Position numbers and translations under genes: made by a program. A stretch of DNA of 64,000 nt from the human T2T-CHM13v2.0 reference genome, Homo sapiens: the NCBI RefSeq assembly GCF_009914755.1, contig NC_060934.1, one strand, 5' to 3'. The notes beneath the pieces are model-generated. The model was not told the origin of the DNA and ran no database searches. It saw only the letters and a list, made by a program, of their open reading frames with translations. Below are positions 43,100 to 57,522 of this stretch, one piece after another. The first letter of the stretch is position 1, and each line of letters starts with the position of its first letter.

Positions 43100-43880
43100 T
43101 CTGCATTCAGGTCAGATGCCCAGGAACCACCTGCCCTGCCCCAGGCTGCTGCCTGCTGCTTCTCTAATATTCTGTACTTCTTGGGAAACTGCTTTTCTCC
43201 GCTTCTGGGACGAGCTCATGACCATGCCCTGGACAGTCAGAGGTTTCCAGTCCTCTGCCACAGTGATTGGTTCAGGGATGGGTACATGACCTGACAGGCC
43301 AGTGAAATTCAACCCTGGGATGTTTGCTGAAACTGTCAGAGAAGAGGCATTATCTTTCCACTGGGGCTCCAAAGCTGATTGGATTGAAGCCTGGATCTGC
43401 TCTGGGGTTCCAAAGCTAATTGGATGGAAGCCTGGATCTGCACTGGGGCCTCAAAGCTGATTGGATAGAAGCCTGGATCTGCACTGGGGCCTCAAAGCTG
43501 ATTGGATGGAAGCCTGGATCTGCACTGGGGCCTCAAACCTGATTGGATGGAAGCCTGGATCTGCACTGGGGCTCCAAGTTGATTGGATGGAAGCCTGAAT
43601 CTGCACTGGGGCTCCAAAGCTGATTGGATGGAAGCCTGGATCTACAGATGCCATCCCTGCTGAGAGTGAAGAGTATGAGCCTCAGCAGAAGCTAGCAAGG
43701 ACGACAATGCTGGCAGATGGAGAGAGCAACAAAGTCCTAATAATGGGCTTGTTTGAGGCTCTGGATCCTGCCAAACTGAAGCCAGTGCCACTCTTGAGCT
43801 TCTCAGTTTCATCAGCCAGTCAATTCCCTTTTTGTGTGAGCCCGTCTGAGATGGGTTTCTGTCCCTGGTGACCCAGAGTC
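43100..43880 (+). mobile_element. Old MaLR LTR (MLT1K/L-like) hosting a minisatellite
   Basis: GCCACAGTGATTGGTTCAGGGATGGGTACATGACC; 3' AATTCCCTTTTTG...GTCTGAGATGGGTTTCTGTC. Confidence 0.7.
43359..43644 (+). repeat. 41-bp minisatellite x7, consensus CACTGGGGCTCCAAAGCTGATTGGATGGAAGCCTGGATCTG
   Basis: Units start at 43359, 43400, 43441, 43482, 43523, 43564 (40 bp), 43604. Confidence 0.97.
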
Positions 43881-44990
43881 CCAGATAAGGCCCCCAGAGT
43901 GCTAACTTGCCTCTGAGGTACTGAGTAGCTTGGTAAAGGGTATGCACTGGGGCATGGGGCAGTGGCGACTTGTTTGAGGCCATGGAGCATCTTAGGGAGG
44001 GGCTGAGACCAGAACTCAGGTTGCTTGAATCTCAGACCATTCTCCACATGACACACTGCCTCTCTTCCTCTCCCTGGGGGTCCAGCATTGGACCAAACCC
44101 AAAGCTGCCCTAAAGCCACCACAGAGTGAAATGCTCCCTCAGCACCCACCCCAAAAGGCCCGATGGGGTCCAGGCCACAGACAAGCAAAGGTCAAAACAG
44201 GCCATCCCCATAGCACTCAGGGTAGAGGCTGCTCCTAGCCCGAAGACGGGTTTCCATCCAGAAGGGACTCTGGAGTATGCAGGGAGTTAAGGCAAAAGCC
44301 AAAGAGAAGGGACCAGAAGTGACATCTCCACTTTGTCCAGCAGTCCAGGTACTGCTGCTACTGCAACCAGCCTCAAGGACACCAGCTGGGTCATGCTTAC
44401 AACACACTTTACAACCTTGGATCCTCTCACCTGCCCAGGAAGGGCCATGCCCTTGCCCATGATGTGAGTGTGGTTGAGAAATACTGAGCAAAATCATCCT
44501 TCTTTTTGGCTTTTTGCTATTGATTGATTTGCAGTTTTATTGGATTGTGGTTTAAGACTGTGGTCTGTATATAGTAGTTCTTTGGTATTTATTGAGACCT
44601 GCTATGAGCTAGTAAATAATCAATTTTTTTAAATTTCCACATAAACTTGAAAAAATATATATATTTAAATGACAAATACAGGGCTAGGGTTCTCTATGTA
44701 TGTATCTGACTGAGATTGATAAAGATGGTTTTTAAAACTTCTGTATCTGTGCTAAGTTGTTTCCCTACTACAGCTCTCATTTTCCAGAAGACTATGTTAA
44801 AATCTCCCACTAAGACTGCAAATCTTTCCATTTCTTCTTCTAATTGTCTATTTCCTATAAATATTTGAAACAAATGCGGGGAGAGATCCAAGTCCAGGTG
44901 TATCTTCCTGGTGAATTGTTCCTTTTACATGATGTAAGGCCTCTTTCTCATGCAATGTGTCTGATGATAATATTGCTACACTGGCTTTCC

Positions 44991-45286
44991 TTTTTTTTGT
45001 TTTTTAAGGCAGAGTCTCACTCTGTTGCCCAGGCTGGAGTGCAGTGGTGGGATCTCAGCTCACTGCAACCTCCACCTCCCGAGTTCAAGCAATTCTCTGC
45101 CTCAGCCTCCCGAGTAGCTAGAATCACAGGCACCTGTCACCACGCCCGGCTAATTTTTTTGTATTTTTAGTAGAGACAAGGTTTCACCATCTTGGCCAGG
45201 CTGGTCTTGAACTCCTCGCCTTGTGATCCACCTGCCTTGGCCTCCCAAAGTGCTGGGATTACAAGTGTGAGCCACCGCGCCCGGCC
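44991..45286 (-). mobile_element. AluS
   Basis: Antisense dimer. Confidence 0.93.
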
Positions 45287-45471
45287 AACACTAGCTTTCT
45301 TTCGGTCAGAAGTTGTTGGGTATACGCTTTCTGTTTCTTTCAAACTTTCAGTGCCCTTGTCTTCCAGGTGTGCCACTGTTAATAGCACAAAGCCGGATTC
45401 GAGTCGGGGGTGGGGGTGGTGTTGTTAGTGTTGGTAGGGCTGGTGTTTGGGGCTGTTTGTTAGTTTTGTTT

Positions 45472-45610
45472 GTTTTTTGAGACAGGGTCTCACTGTCGCC
45501 AAGGCTGGAGTGGAGCAGCATGATCACATCTCACTGCAGCCTTGATTTCCTGAGCTCAAGGCATTCTCCCGCCTCAGCCTCCCAAGTAACTGGGACCACA
45601 GGTGTGCACC
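45472..45610 (-). mobile_element. AluJ/FRAM partial
   Basis: Right arm only. Confidence 0.85.
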
Positions 45611-46603
45611 GATAGTGTTTTTAATCCAGTCTGAGAATTTCTGTTTTTTAAACGGTAAGCACTATCCACTTACGTGTATTGTGATAACTGAAGAATTCAG
45701 ATTTCCTTCCAGCATTCTATTTTGTGTTTTGTTTTTACTTTGCTTTTTCTTTGCTTCTTTTTTCTCCTTTTCTGATTTCTATTTGGTTAATCAGGGTTTG
45801 TTGTTGGTTTGTTTTTTTTTTTTCAACAATAGCTGTTTCTCCTAAATTCGGGGTTTTTTAGAAGATTCTTTTTCTACTGACTTCAAATACTTAAATGATT
45901 TTAGCTAGTTTCTATCATATTTTAATAAATATGTAACAAGATTCCAAGTTACACAGTGTCATTACACATTGTGTCACATCGATGACACTAAGACCTTAGG
46001 ATCTTTCCTCCAATCTCACCACCATTTTCCAAGTTGTTGTGGTCTAGCACTTTTGAATCCCCAAAACTGGTTGCTATTTAACCACTGTTTTTTATACACT
46101 CCGTGCTTATTTAGATTTAATTACCAAATTATTGTCTCACAGTTACTTCTTACGTCCTATTTTTTCCTTCTAGGCTTAAATTATATCTTAATGGAATGCA
46201 TCCTTTAGTGATGCTTTCAGCAAGGATCTGTGAGTGCTAGAGTCTCTTGGACTTTGTCTGAACATGTCTTTTTTTCACCCTCACTGGTAGCTGGCTACAG
46301 AATTTTTGATTAACAATTATTTGCAGTGGCATCTTTATTATATCGTTCCATTGTCTTCTGGCCTCTATTGTTACTAAGTCTGCTGTGAGCCAAATCACTG
46401 TTATTTTGTAGGTAATTCATTTATGTCTGGTTGCTTTTAAGATTCATCGTTGTTTCCGGTTTTCTGCAATTTTACTCCTTGTATATAAGTGTAGATTTAC
46501 TTGTTTTTACTTTCAGGGGTAAAACACTCTCTTTTCTCCACTTTTAATATGAAGATTCGTATCTTTCATCAATTCTAGAAAACTCTCAGCCATGATCTCT
46601 TTA

Positions 46604-46915
<312 letters not shown>

Positions 46916-47619
46916 TTACTTCTCCCTGAGTTGCTCCATGCTGTGCTTCCTAGAATACCTATTAGATGCATGTTGGACTTTCTCACCCTATCTTCTATAT
47001 CTCTTAACCTCTCTTTTATAGTCTCCTTTTTATCATTATGTATTGCATTTGGGAGAATCTCATCACTGATTTTCTCCTGGTGTCTAACCTGCTATTTAAC
47101 CTATCTACTGAGTGTCTTCATTTCCTTGTTTTAAGCTATCTCTTACAGAAGGATGAATGGCTTCATTTCAATGACTGTATTTTCTAGAAATTAAATTTGG
47201 TTCTTTTACAAATCTGTTTTTTCTTTTATTATGGTACCCTGTTTTTTCCTTATTGTTTCTTTTCCTTTTTTTTTTTTTTCTCTCTCTCTCTTTAGTAAAT
47301 TCAAATGGCCCCAGGTTCTTAGAATCCTTGTCCTACGTCTGATCTCTTCCTCCCGGTGATTCTTCATGTCCCTTATGATTCTAGACTCTGAGCTCATCTT
47401 CAGCAGTCCCATGGGCCCTGAACTGTGAAAGAATTACTGTTGACAGTCTTCTATTCGCTTCTGCAAAGGGCCCAAGAGGGCCTATATTTTACATTAATAT
47501 CTCAACGTAGGAAGTTCTCTATCACAGACCTTAACTCAGACTCTATACTGAAAGGTGTCATAGACAGAAGGCTTCCAGTTCTTATTGGCTTGGTTCTTGG
47601 ATCTTAAATCACAGACCCA

Positions 47620-49495
47620 AATGTGTCTATAGCAAATGAGGTTGAGGTGATAAAACTTCCTTGTTGTACCCTAGAGGACTATATCCAAAGGCTCAGGGTA
47701 TTGGAATACTGGAGTGAGTTTACTGTGGGAGACTTCTCACCTGCCCTCCAACTATGTCCCCCGGAAGCATCCAGAGGCCGCTCCCTTCACCCAGGCTTTG
47801 AGAAATACTTTGGTGGGTTTACACCACACCCCTGAAGATCTCCACGTGCTTATTTTCAGTAGACCAGAAATGATAATGGTGTCAAACTGGGTTCCCTGAA
47901 TTCAATAGGAAAAATGAAATCCCAGGGAAGCAGAAGCCCAGGGATGGCACGGAGCCACCAGAGGCCAGGCTGGCATGGTTTCCATAATGAGCAACAGAAC
48001 CGAAGTGTTAATGGTTGGACAAGACTACATCTATGTCATAGGCTGAAAGATCATGGTCTCCCTAGAACTGAAAGAAATGGGCAACCTGCTACTCACTAGG
48101 TTTATATAAACAGAAAAGCTCTAGATCAGAAGTTTGACTTGAATTAGCACAGTAGTCAAAGTCAAAGAGTCTTGATGAAGGATTCTCAATATCACATCAC
48201 AACTAGAGCATGTGAAATGGATTCCATTTAATGTAGCCATGTTTGGATAATACAATCTACCCTGCCCCTTGAGAAGGAACTCAGCTATACTACCAATATA
48301 CCTTTCCCAACATGACCTGCAGCCATTGGCCAGGTTACTGTGCATTGGAGAAGAGGAAATAACTAGACTTTTTAGAAATTATTAAACACTGGCTCTGAAC
48401 CGACATTGACCATTCCCAGACTTGAGCTAGTCCACAGGCCCAAAGCCTCTATAAATAATGCAGTGTAACAAACTACAACAGAATTTAGTGGCTTAAAACA
48501 ACACCATTTTTTCTGCTTATAAATCCGCATTTGGGGCAGGGCTTCATGGGAACAAGTCATCTCTGTGCTACTTGGCCTCAGCTGGAACAACTCAGGCTGG
48601 GGGCCAGAATCATCTGAAGGCTCATCCAGATGTCTGGTGGTTGAAGCTTAAAGGACTCAAAGAGCTGGGGACTAGAATAGCTGGGACCCCTCCACTACCC
48701 CTCTCTGTCTTTATGTGGCCTTCACTTGTGTTCTGTCCAGGATGGCAGCTTCAGCATAGCCAGACTTCTTATATGTTGGCTCAGGATTCCCAAGGCACAA
48801 TGGGGAGAGGGAGAGAGGGAAAGAGAGAGAGAGAGAGAACCAGATGCAAACTAAATCTAAATCACCTTTTAGTGCCTAGTTTCAGATTCTAAGCAGCATC
48901 ACTTCTTCTAAGTTCTGTTTTTTAGAACTGACAGCTCATATTTCAATAAAGAGACGTAGACCCCATATCTCAATGGAGGAGTCTCAACATCACACATAAC
49001 TAGAACATGTGAGATGGGCTACATTTAATGCAGCCATGTTTGGATAATACAATCTACCCTGTCCCCTTGAGAAAGAGCTCAGCTACATTCCAATATAGCC
49101 TTCCCAACGCGACCTGCGACCATCGGCCGGGTTACTATGCATTGGAGAAGAGGAAATAACTAGACTTTTGAGGGATTACTAAACACTGACTCTGAACCAA
49201 CACCAAGCAATGTGGCCATGGCATCATGGATAGAGGCTCTACATGGGCTCATGTAGAACATGTTCTTCCATTCCTTAGGGCCACCTGGCTACAGATATGT
49301 CACCATTCCCCAGGGGAACCAGCCAGTGATCCAGTGGCAAGTTGATGACATTGTATCATTTCAATCATGGGAGGAGCAAACATTTTCTAATTGGAATAGA
49401 ACCTTTAGATATGGATTTGCTTTCCCTACTGGCCATACTTCTGCTAAAAACTAGCATATGTGGGCTTACTGAATACCTAATTCACAATCATGGTT
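47620..49495 (+). mobile_element. Decayed ERVL-class internal region (gag, protease, integrase fragments; HERV16/ERV3-16A3-like)
   Basis: Gag-like PFTQALRNTLV; protease-site remnant LLNTGSE (~48380) and LLNTDSE (~49176); integrase-like TIPQGNQP..QWQVD..I and YGFAFP. Confidence 0.75.
48455..49058 (-). mobile_element. MLT1 (F/G/H-like) LTR inserted in the ERVL internal region
   Basis: GTAACAAACTAC...TTAGTGGCTTAAAACAAC...GCCATGTTTGGATAATACAATCTACC. Confidence 0.75.
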
Positions 49496-49844
49496 ATTTA
49501 CTTGGAGGCCAATATAAGGAAGAGAGGGTGACTTCCACAAATCCAAATAAAATATAAGCAAACTGTAGAATTAACATTTTACCGTCATCAATTTCATATT
49601 TATTAAAGTACTTTTCTGACAATTTAAGACCAGCAGATGTAAAGTTTCAGGGAAGAATTACTTTTTTTAATCCTGCCCTACTATGATCAAATTTATTATG
49701 AAAGATTAGCTAGAGGAAAAAAGCAAACACTTTCTAATTTATTAAAGGAAACATTTCCTCGACTGTCCACCAAGCTTTCTACAAGTTGCAGACCTCGAAA
49801 CATGTTGATCATTTGATTCCATTTTCTTAAAAAAAACCCATCAT

Positions 49845-50204
<360 letters not shown>

Positions 50205-50527
50205 CTAAATAAATCTGAACTTTTCCTCAGGAGCTGAAGTTGTGCAAGGTCAAGATTCCTTTCCAAACAAACCTGTCCATGACACTGCCCCATTTCTACC
50301 AGCAGACCTGCTTCGGACCTCCTGGCCGGCTCCTGGCTGCCCTCCAGGAGGCCAAGACATGCCCTGAATGCCAACAGGTGTCAGTGCTATGGCTTGGGGC
50401 TTTCTCATTCATCCAGAATCTGCTTTGTCTGTGCTCTAAGCCGCGGCAGGTGTCAGAAGCCGATCTTCAAGGCACTGCTCAAGCCCAGCCAAGTTTCTAA
50501 AGTTGGAATGCTGGCCGGCAGTGCTAG

Positions 50528-50528
<1 letters not shown>

Positions 50529-50576
<48 letters not shown>
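50529..50576. repeat. (TG)24 microsatellite
   Basis: Perfect dinucleotide run. Confidence 0.97.
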
Positions 50577-50580
<4 letters not shown>

Positions 50581-50598
50581 GTTTGGGGGGTAGGGTTG

Positions 50599-50875
50599 TT
50601 TTTTTGTTTGTTTTTGAGACAGAGTCTCGCCCTGTCGCTCAGGCTGAAGTGCAGTGGCGCGATCTCCACCTCCTGGATTCAAGCAATTCTCCTGCCTCAG
50701 CCTCACAAGTAGCTGGGATTACAGGGGTGCGCCATGATGCTCAGCTGATTTCTGTATTTTTAGTAGAGACAGGTTTTCACCATGTTGTCCAGGCTGGTCT
50801 CCTGACCTCAGGTGATCCGCCCGTCTTGGCCTCCCAAAGGGCTGGGATTACAGGTGTGAGCCACCACACCCAGCC
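50599..50875 (-). mobile_element. AluS with small internal deletions
   Basis: Antisense dimer. Confidence 0.92.
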
Positions 50876-51174
50876 TGTTTGTTTTTTTTTAAAAAGCCTC
50901 CTTGCAGGTAAGTTAAGACCCAGCCTGTCCTTAAGCAGAAGTGTCAGCAGCTACAGAAAGAGTCTCGAGGTGGCTATATCCACACACATCTCCTCTGGTT
51001 CACTCAGTCACCCTTCACTAACTACCACCTATGGCATCAGAGCTGTGGGCCCGAAGAGGGGCAGGGAGTCCTGCTGAGGAAGGCGGCAGTAAGGAGCAAC
51101 AGTGTCGCATGGAAGTAGATGCATGAGTTACTAACTCGAGCAGAAGAGGACTGTGGGGAGTCAAGGAAGTTGTG

Positions 51175-51600
51175 CCACTCAAGTCTCCTTCAGATTCAAG
51201 GAACAGAATCCCAAATCAAATCAGCTCAAACAAACAGGACACTTACTGGCTCACCTCACTGGGAAGTCCAGGGTTATCCTGCTTCAGGCCTGGCTGGATC
51301 CAGGGGCTGAAGCAATGATGTCATTAGGGCTCTGTGCGTGGTTTACTTCTGCAGGGAGATGCTCTTCCTGTGGGGGAAAGATGACCACTGCAGTCACAGA
51401 CTCATCATATCCCACGTGAGTAGTGACAGCAAAATGATCATCTGTCTCTCTCATAACACCACTCCCAGGAAAGGGTCTGACTTGTCACATGCCCATGCCT
51501 GAACCAATCTTTGTGACCAGGGAGACAGGATATTCAAACTGATCAGTCTGTATCATCTGCCCACCTGTGGCAGGAGCAGAGCTGTGACCAACAACCCTAC
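51175..51600 (-). mobile_element. MLT1K/J-like LTR
   Basis: CTTACTGGCTCAC...GCTTCAGGCCTGGCTGGATCCAGGGGCT...CCTGAACCAATC. Confidence 0.65.
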
Positions 51601-52229
51601 CAGGAGCCTGGGGCATGAGGGAGGCGTTGTGCAGACAGACCCAGAGAAGGAATACACGAAGGCTGCTTCAACCACTGAAGGCTTGAGATGGCACGTGAGC
51701 TGGCCTCAATGGCTCAACGCAATCTACTAGGGGACAGTGAGGAGGCAGAGCAAACACGCATGGGACAGGAGTGATCCTAGAGAATGGCTGGAGAGGGAGA
51801 AGCAAGCAGAGCGAGCCACAGAGCCCCACTCCCGGGCCACGTCTGCTCCACCTCTCACCCCTCCTGGCCTGTCTGCCACTTGATTCTGGGGGTGGGGCAG
51901 GGTGCAATGATGACAGATGAGGAAGCAGATAGCATACTGACTTCTAGTTAGTCTATTTAAAAATGGAGATTGGCACCACCAAATCCTAGCTGAAAGCATG
52001 TTCAGGTGTGCAATGCTGCAATCATTAGGAAGAAGGAGGCCAAACCGGCAGGTGCAGCTACTGAGACCATTCTGGCAGGAGAACCCAGTGCCTGAGGTGA
52101 GCTGGCTGCAGTCTCTAGAGGCAAAGGAGGCAGTCATTGCCGGGCTTTCAGGGTGAAGGCAGCAGCAAGGATAAGACAGAGCTCAGGATTTAGAACCCAA
52201 CATCCTGCTTTCAAATTTTTTGTATTTTA

Positions 52230-52553
<324 letters not shown>

Positions 52554-53508
52554 CTATAACTATGCAAAAAAGCTACCCATAATTCTACCACCTGGAGAAG
52601 ACCACTGTTAGCAATTTCATATATATCCTTCTACACTTTTACATACATTTTCTTATATATCCCCATATTTTTTACACAAAATATATAGAAGCAAAGATAC
52701 GTACCGTTTCATTTAACAACAACAAAAAGTGGAGATGGAGATCAGACTGTGTCCTGGCCTCGTTTAACAGTGATAGGTGTCAGCGTGGTTCCATGCCACT
52801 GCGTGCCCTTTTATTTAAGGGTGAGAAATCTGAGATCCAGAGGAGAGAAATAACTTGCCATTTCTGTGTAGCAGGTCACTGGTGGATCAGAAACAGCGAT
52901 GCTGGCTCTCACTCACTCTGGTCCTTTCCAGCCATGATGCTGCTGCATGGTGACCTCCCTTTGAAGGTGACACTTCTTCAACATGGGGGGCCTGTGGCCT
53001 CCAGCTGCAGGCAGCAGCTAGGGGCAGCTGGTGCGATATGCCTTGGACTTCCCCAGCAGATCCCAGGACTCACAGCCCTCAGCCTCAGGGCAGCCTGCAG
53101 AGCAGCCACTGTGACTCCCTGGCCAGGACCCCGGACCGCACTTCCCAGGAGCTATCACCTCCCGCCCTCCAGCTGGGTCCAGTTACTACACAGAGAGATG
53201 AGCCTGGACATTACCTCTGGCCAAGAGACAAGGTGTGGCTGGTTCAACCACAGGCCATGGGTACACCCGCCCAGGCATGTCCAGGCAGTCAGGATTCATC
53301 TTCAGGTCGTCAGGGGACATGTGGCGTGCTTTTCCTGTGGCCAGACAATGAATGCTCTTTGGCTCCAGGAAGGGAGCTGTTCCTCACCAAATGTCACAGC
53401 AGTGGACACAGGGGCCCTGACGATGAAAGGCATCCTGAAAGGCAAGCCCACCACCCTGAACCTTCCCAGGGAACTGAGGGAAATGGAGAAGTTAAAGGAC
53501 AGCTGGAG

Positions 53509-53563
53509 ACACCCACCAGGCTGCAGACACACCCCAGGCTGCAGACACACCCACCAGGCTGCA
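53509..53563 (+). repeat. Short tandem repeat, ~18-20 bp x3 (CCAGGCTGCAGACACAC)
   Basis: Read directly. Confidence 0.85.
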
Positions 53564-53611
53564 GTCTGCAGAAACAAGAGAGGAAAACCTTAGCAGTCAA
53601 GAGAGCTGATG

Positions 53612-53810
53612 GGTGAAGGGCACCAGCTTTGGAATCTGCTAGCCTGGGTTCCAATTCCCATCAAGTTCTTGCTGGCTGTGTGACCCTGGGTGTGTTGCAT
53701 TCCCTGTCTTAGCCTCAGCCTCCACATCTATAAAATGGGATTACTCATGATACCTTCCTCCCTGGATAACTGGAATTTAAATGAGGAGCCAGAGGAGAGC
53801 TCTTAGCACA
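53612..53810 (+). mobile_element. MIR
   Basis: GCTTTGGAATC...CCTGGGTTCCAATTCC...GCTGTGTGACCCTGGG...CATCTATAAAATGGG. Confidence 0.8.
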
Positions 53811-53829
53811 CTGCTAGGTGGGTTACTTA

Positions 53830-54192
<363 letters not shown>

Positions 54193-54363
54193 TTATGCTG
54201 GTCTCCAACTCCTGGGCTCAAGTGATCCTCCCATGTAAGCCTCCCAAGAAGCTGGGACTACAGGCATGCACCACCGATGCCTGGCTACCCACTGTTTTTA
54301 TTATTTACCTAGTGGTGCTGAGAAAGGAGAGATACCACCTAAGTGAATGTAACCACATCATAG

Positions 54364-54730
<367 letters not shown>

Positions 54731-55212
54731 TAAACTAAATGTATTAGGCACTTCCTGCCTTTTTAAACAGAGTAAATGAAATTTAACATGTTCCCAATAA
54801 CTCAGAATTGACATTACCAAATTACTACACTCTGCCATCCCACAGTACTATCCGTAGAAGTAGCCGAGTGTATGTCTAACACCACCTCCTCTATCACCAC
54901 CAACTCAATGGCCTGAGCTGACCATGAGTCATCAAAGAAAATGTTACAAATGTATGTAAAGATTTAATGGGTTCCTAGAAAGGAGCTGACTCTCCTGTAT
55001 AGCAAAACTACTCAGTAGAACACGGAGAGAGTTACCCAAAGCCTTTTACTCACGCCCAACTTCTCAGCCTCTTCCTAGACGGCTGGGCTTCTGAGGGTCA
55101 GATTCGTAGAAAGGGGACCATTATTCTGTTCATCCAACATGACTTTCAACACAGAGAGTGCTTCAAGGTGCTTTGTCTTTTAGATACATGCATAACTACT
55201 ATCACTGAAATA

Positions 55213-55292
55213 TTAGGTTGGTGCACAAGTAATTGCGGTTTTTGCCAAGAAAAGTAATGGCAAAAACCGCAATTACTTTTGCACCAGTGTAA
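55213..55292. mobile_element. MADE1 mariner MITE, full-length, miR-548-like hairpin
   Basis: TTAGGTTGGTGCACAAGTAATTGCGGTTTTTGCC...GGCAAAAACCGCAATTACTTTTGCACCAGTGTAA; TA TSD at 55211-55212 and 55293-55294. Confidence 0.95.
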
Positions 55293-55539
55293 TAATTAGC
55301 ATCTTCCGCTAATCTTTTTCTAGAAATTTGAGAGAGACTTCAGCTGAGTTAAATTCATGTCTCTGACACTGGGTTTCTCTTTCCAGCCTGTAAAGACCAC
55401 TTTGAGGATGATGAGACACATCCTGAGCAGAGCCAGCTAGGCGTGGCCCCTTGAAAACAGCCCTTGTTTCCCGATCACATGATCTCAGCTCCTTCTCCAG
55501 TGGCACTCATCACATTATTCTGCAGTCACTGAGCTTCTG

Positions 55540-56030
55540 TCACCCAACAGATATTTGCAAAGTCCCATGATGTACCAGGCACCAGGAGAGCACTGAGGGT
55601 CCCTCTTTCCAGAAGCCCCCATCAGTGAAGGGAACAGACAGGTGGCAGCGGTCTGTCCTGCCTTGTGGCCAGGAGGTAGCAAGTACAAAGTCCCTGGGGT
55701 CTTGGAGGACAAAGTGACCAGCTCTGCTGCATGGGAAAGGAGGAAGCTTTCCTGAAAAGGGGACACTTGAGCTGAGCCTCGAAGGCCAAAAAGGAGGAAG
55801 GGTGCCTGTAATCCCAGCTACTCAGGAACCTGAGGCATGAGAATCACTTGAACCTGGGAGGCGAGGTTGCAGTGAGCTGAGATCGCACCACTGCACTCCA
55901 GCCTGGGCGACAGAGTGGGACTCTGTCTCAAAAAAAAGAAGGGAAGGGTATTCCTGGCAGAGGAAGAGGCTTGTGCAAAGGCACAGAGGTGTGAATGTTT
56001 GCAGCTTCCGTGGAGCTGAGGCAGAGGCTG
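55540..56030 (-). mobile_element. L2 fragment containing a + strand Alu right arm (55803-55937)
   Basis: CAACAGATATTTG...ATGTACCAGGCAC; GACACTTGAGCTGAGCCTCGAAGG; ATTCCTGGCAGAGG...TGTGCAAAGGCACAGAGGT. Confidence 0.75.
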
Positions 56031-57122
56031 AGTCCAGACTGCAAATGTCCCATCAGTGTCCATGCATCACCATAGAGACAGTCTGGGCAGAATTGGGAAA
56101 GGACCCAAGAATCTCCCTCCAGTCCCTTACCTCTTGGCTGGAGCTCATCCCAGGAGACCTGCAGCCCTGCTTTACAATCCAGGAATTGAAGGTTCCACAA
56201 AAGCCCACGAGACAGGTCCCCCCAAGCCCAGGCACATCTTAAAGAGCTTGTGATCGTTTGCTGGAGACTGCACCTGCAGATGACCAACTGGACCACAGAG
56301 CGGCAGATCCCCTGGCCTAACAGGCTAAAAATAGTCCCAGTGTAGATTTCCAGACAAGACTGACGCACTCAAACCAAAAAGACTCACAGATTTGCACAGC
56401 TGATGAAAACTAAAATATCAACAGGCTCCTCCAGCCTGCAGAGCACCTTACTCAACCAGACAGAGATTTAGCAAGAGATTCGTTTTCTGAGCTCCTGCCA
56501 GATCCCGGGAGGAGAGGCCAGAGAGTTTGTTATCATCTCTTAAGTAAACCATGATTCATCCTCATAGCAGAAAAAAGAATGAGGTGGCAGTATATATACT
56601 GACTTGGAAAGACTCTAGGACATAGTAAATGATAAAAGCAAACTGCAGAATGTATGGAATCACAGATATACTAAATTAAAAAGTGTGTGTGTGTGTGCGT
56701 GTGTATGCATGTGCGTGTGTTCATGTATAAATGCATGGCAAAAAGCCTGGAATTCCTCACAACCACGCCATGCAGTAGTATTGTTATCCATTTAAGCTTT
56801 TGTGAGGTTAAGTAACTTGAACATATGGCATAGTAAATATGGCTATTATATCCAGACCATATGGAACTGGATTATGATAACAATCGCTGAGATTTATATA
56901 GCAAACTTTTTTTTTAAGAACTGAAGAATACTCACTAAACCCATTCATTTTACTGTGTGCCTGGCACTACTCTTGCCTCTGGAGATAAAGTGATGAAAAA
57001 GTACAGGTGAAGTCTCTGCCTTCGTGACACTAACACTCCAGGTTCACCTCCGGGGAGGTAATGATAGAGAGTGGGAGTCAAGGAGATAAAGGAAAATATT
57101 ATCCTTGTCTATAATGTTTGAA

Positions 57123-57427
<305 letters not shown>

Positions 57428-57522
57428 TGAATTTTTTATAATAGGAATTAATCCACTATTTGAATAATTAAAATTTATTTTTAGTGTTCTCAATGAAAAG
57501 GCACCCTTTGCCTTTGAGGACA

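Noticed and set aside
47620-49495. Possible domesticated retroviral gene
   Set aside because: Gag/pro/int fragments are frameshifted, interrupted and largely deleted; the catalytic Asp of the protease reads Asn
50394-51077. 227-aa ORF and many similar 60-120 aa ORFs
   Set aside because: Translations of Alu and (TG)n sequence
52793-53593. Longest ORF (266 aa), and others such as 31210-31941, 9660-10349 and 27354-27977
   Set aside because: No recognisable domain, composition like random GC-rich translation, overlapping ORFs on both strands, many non-ATG starts
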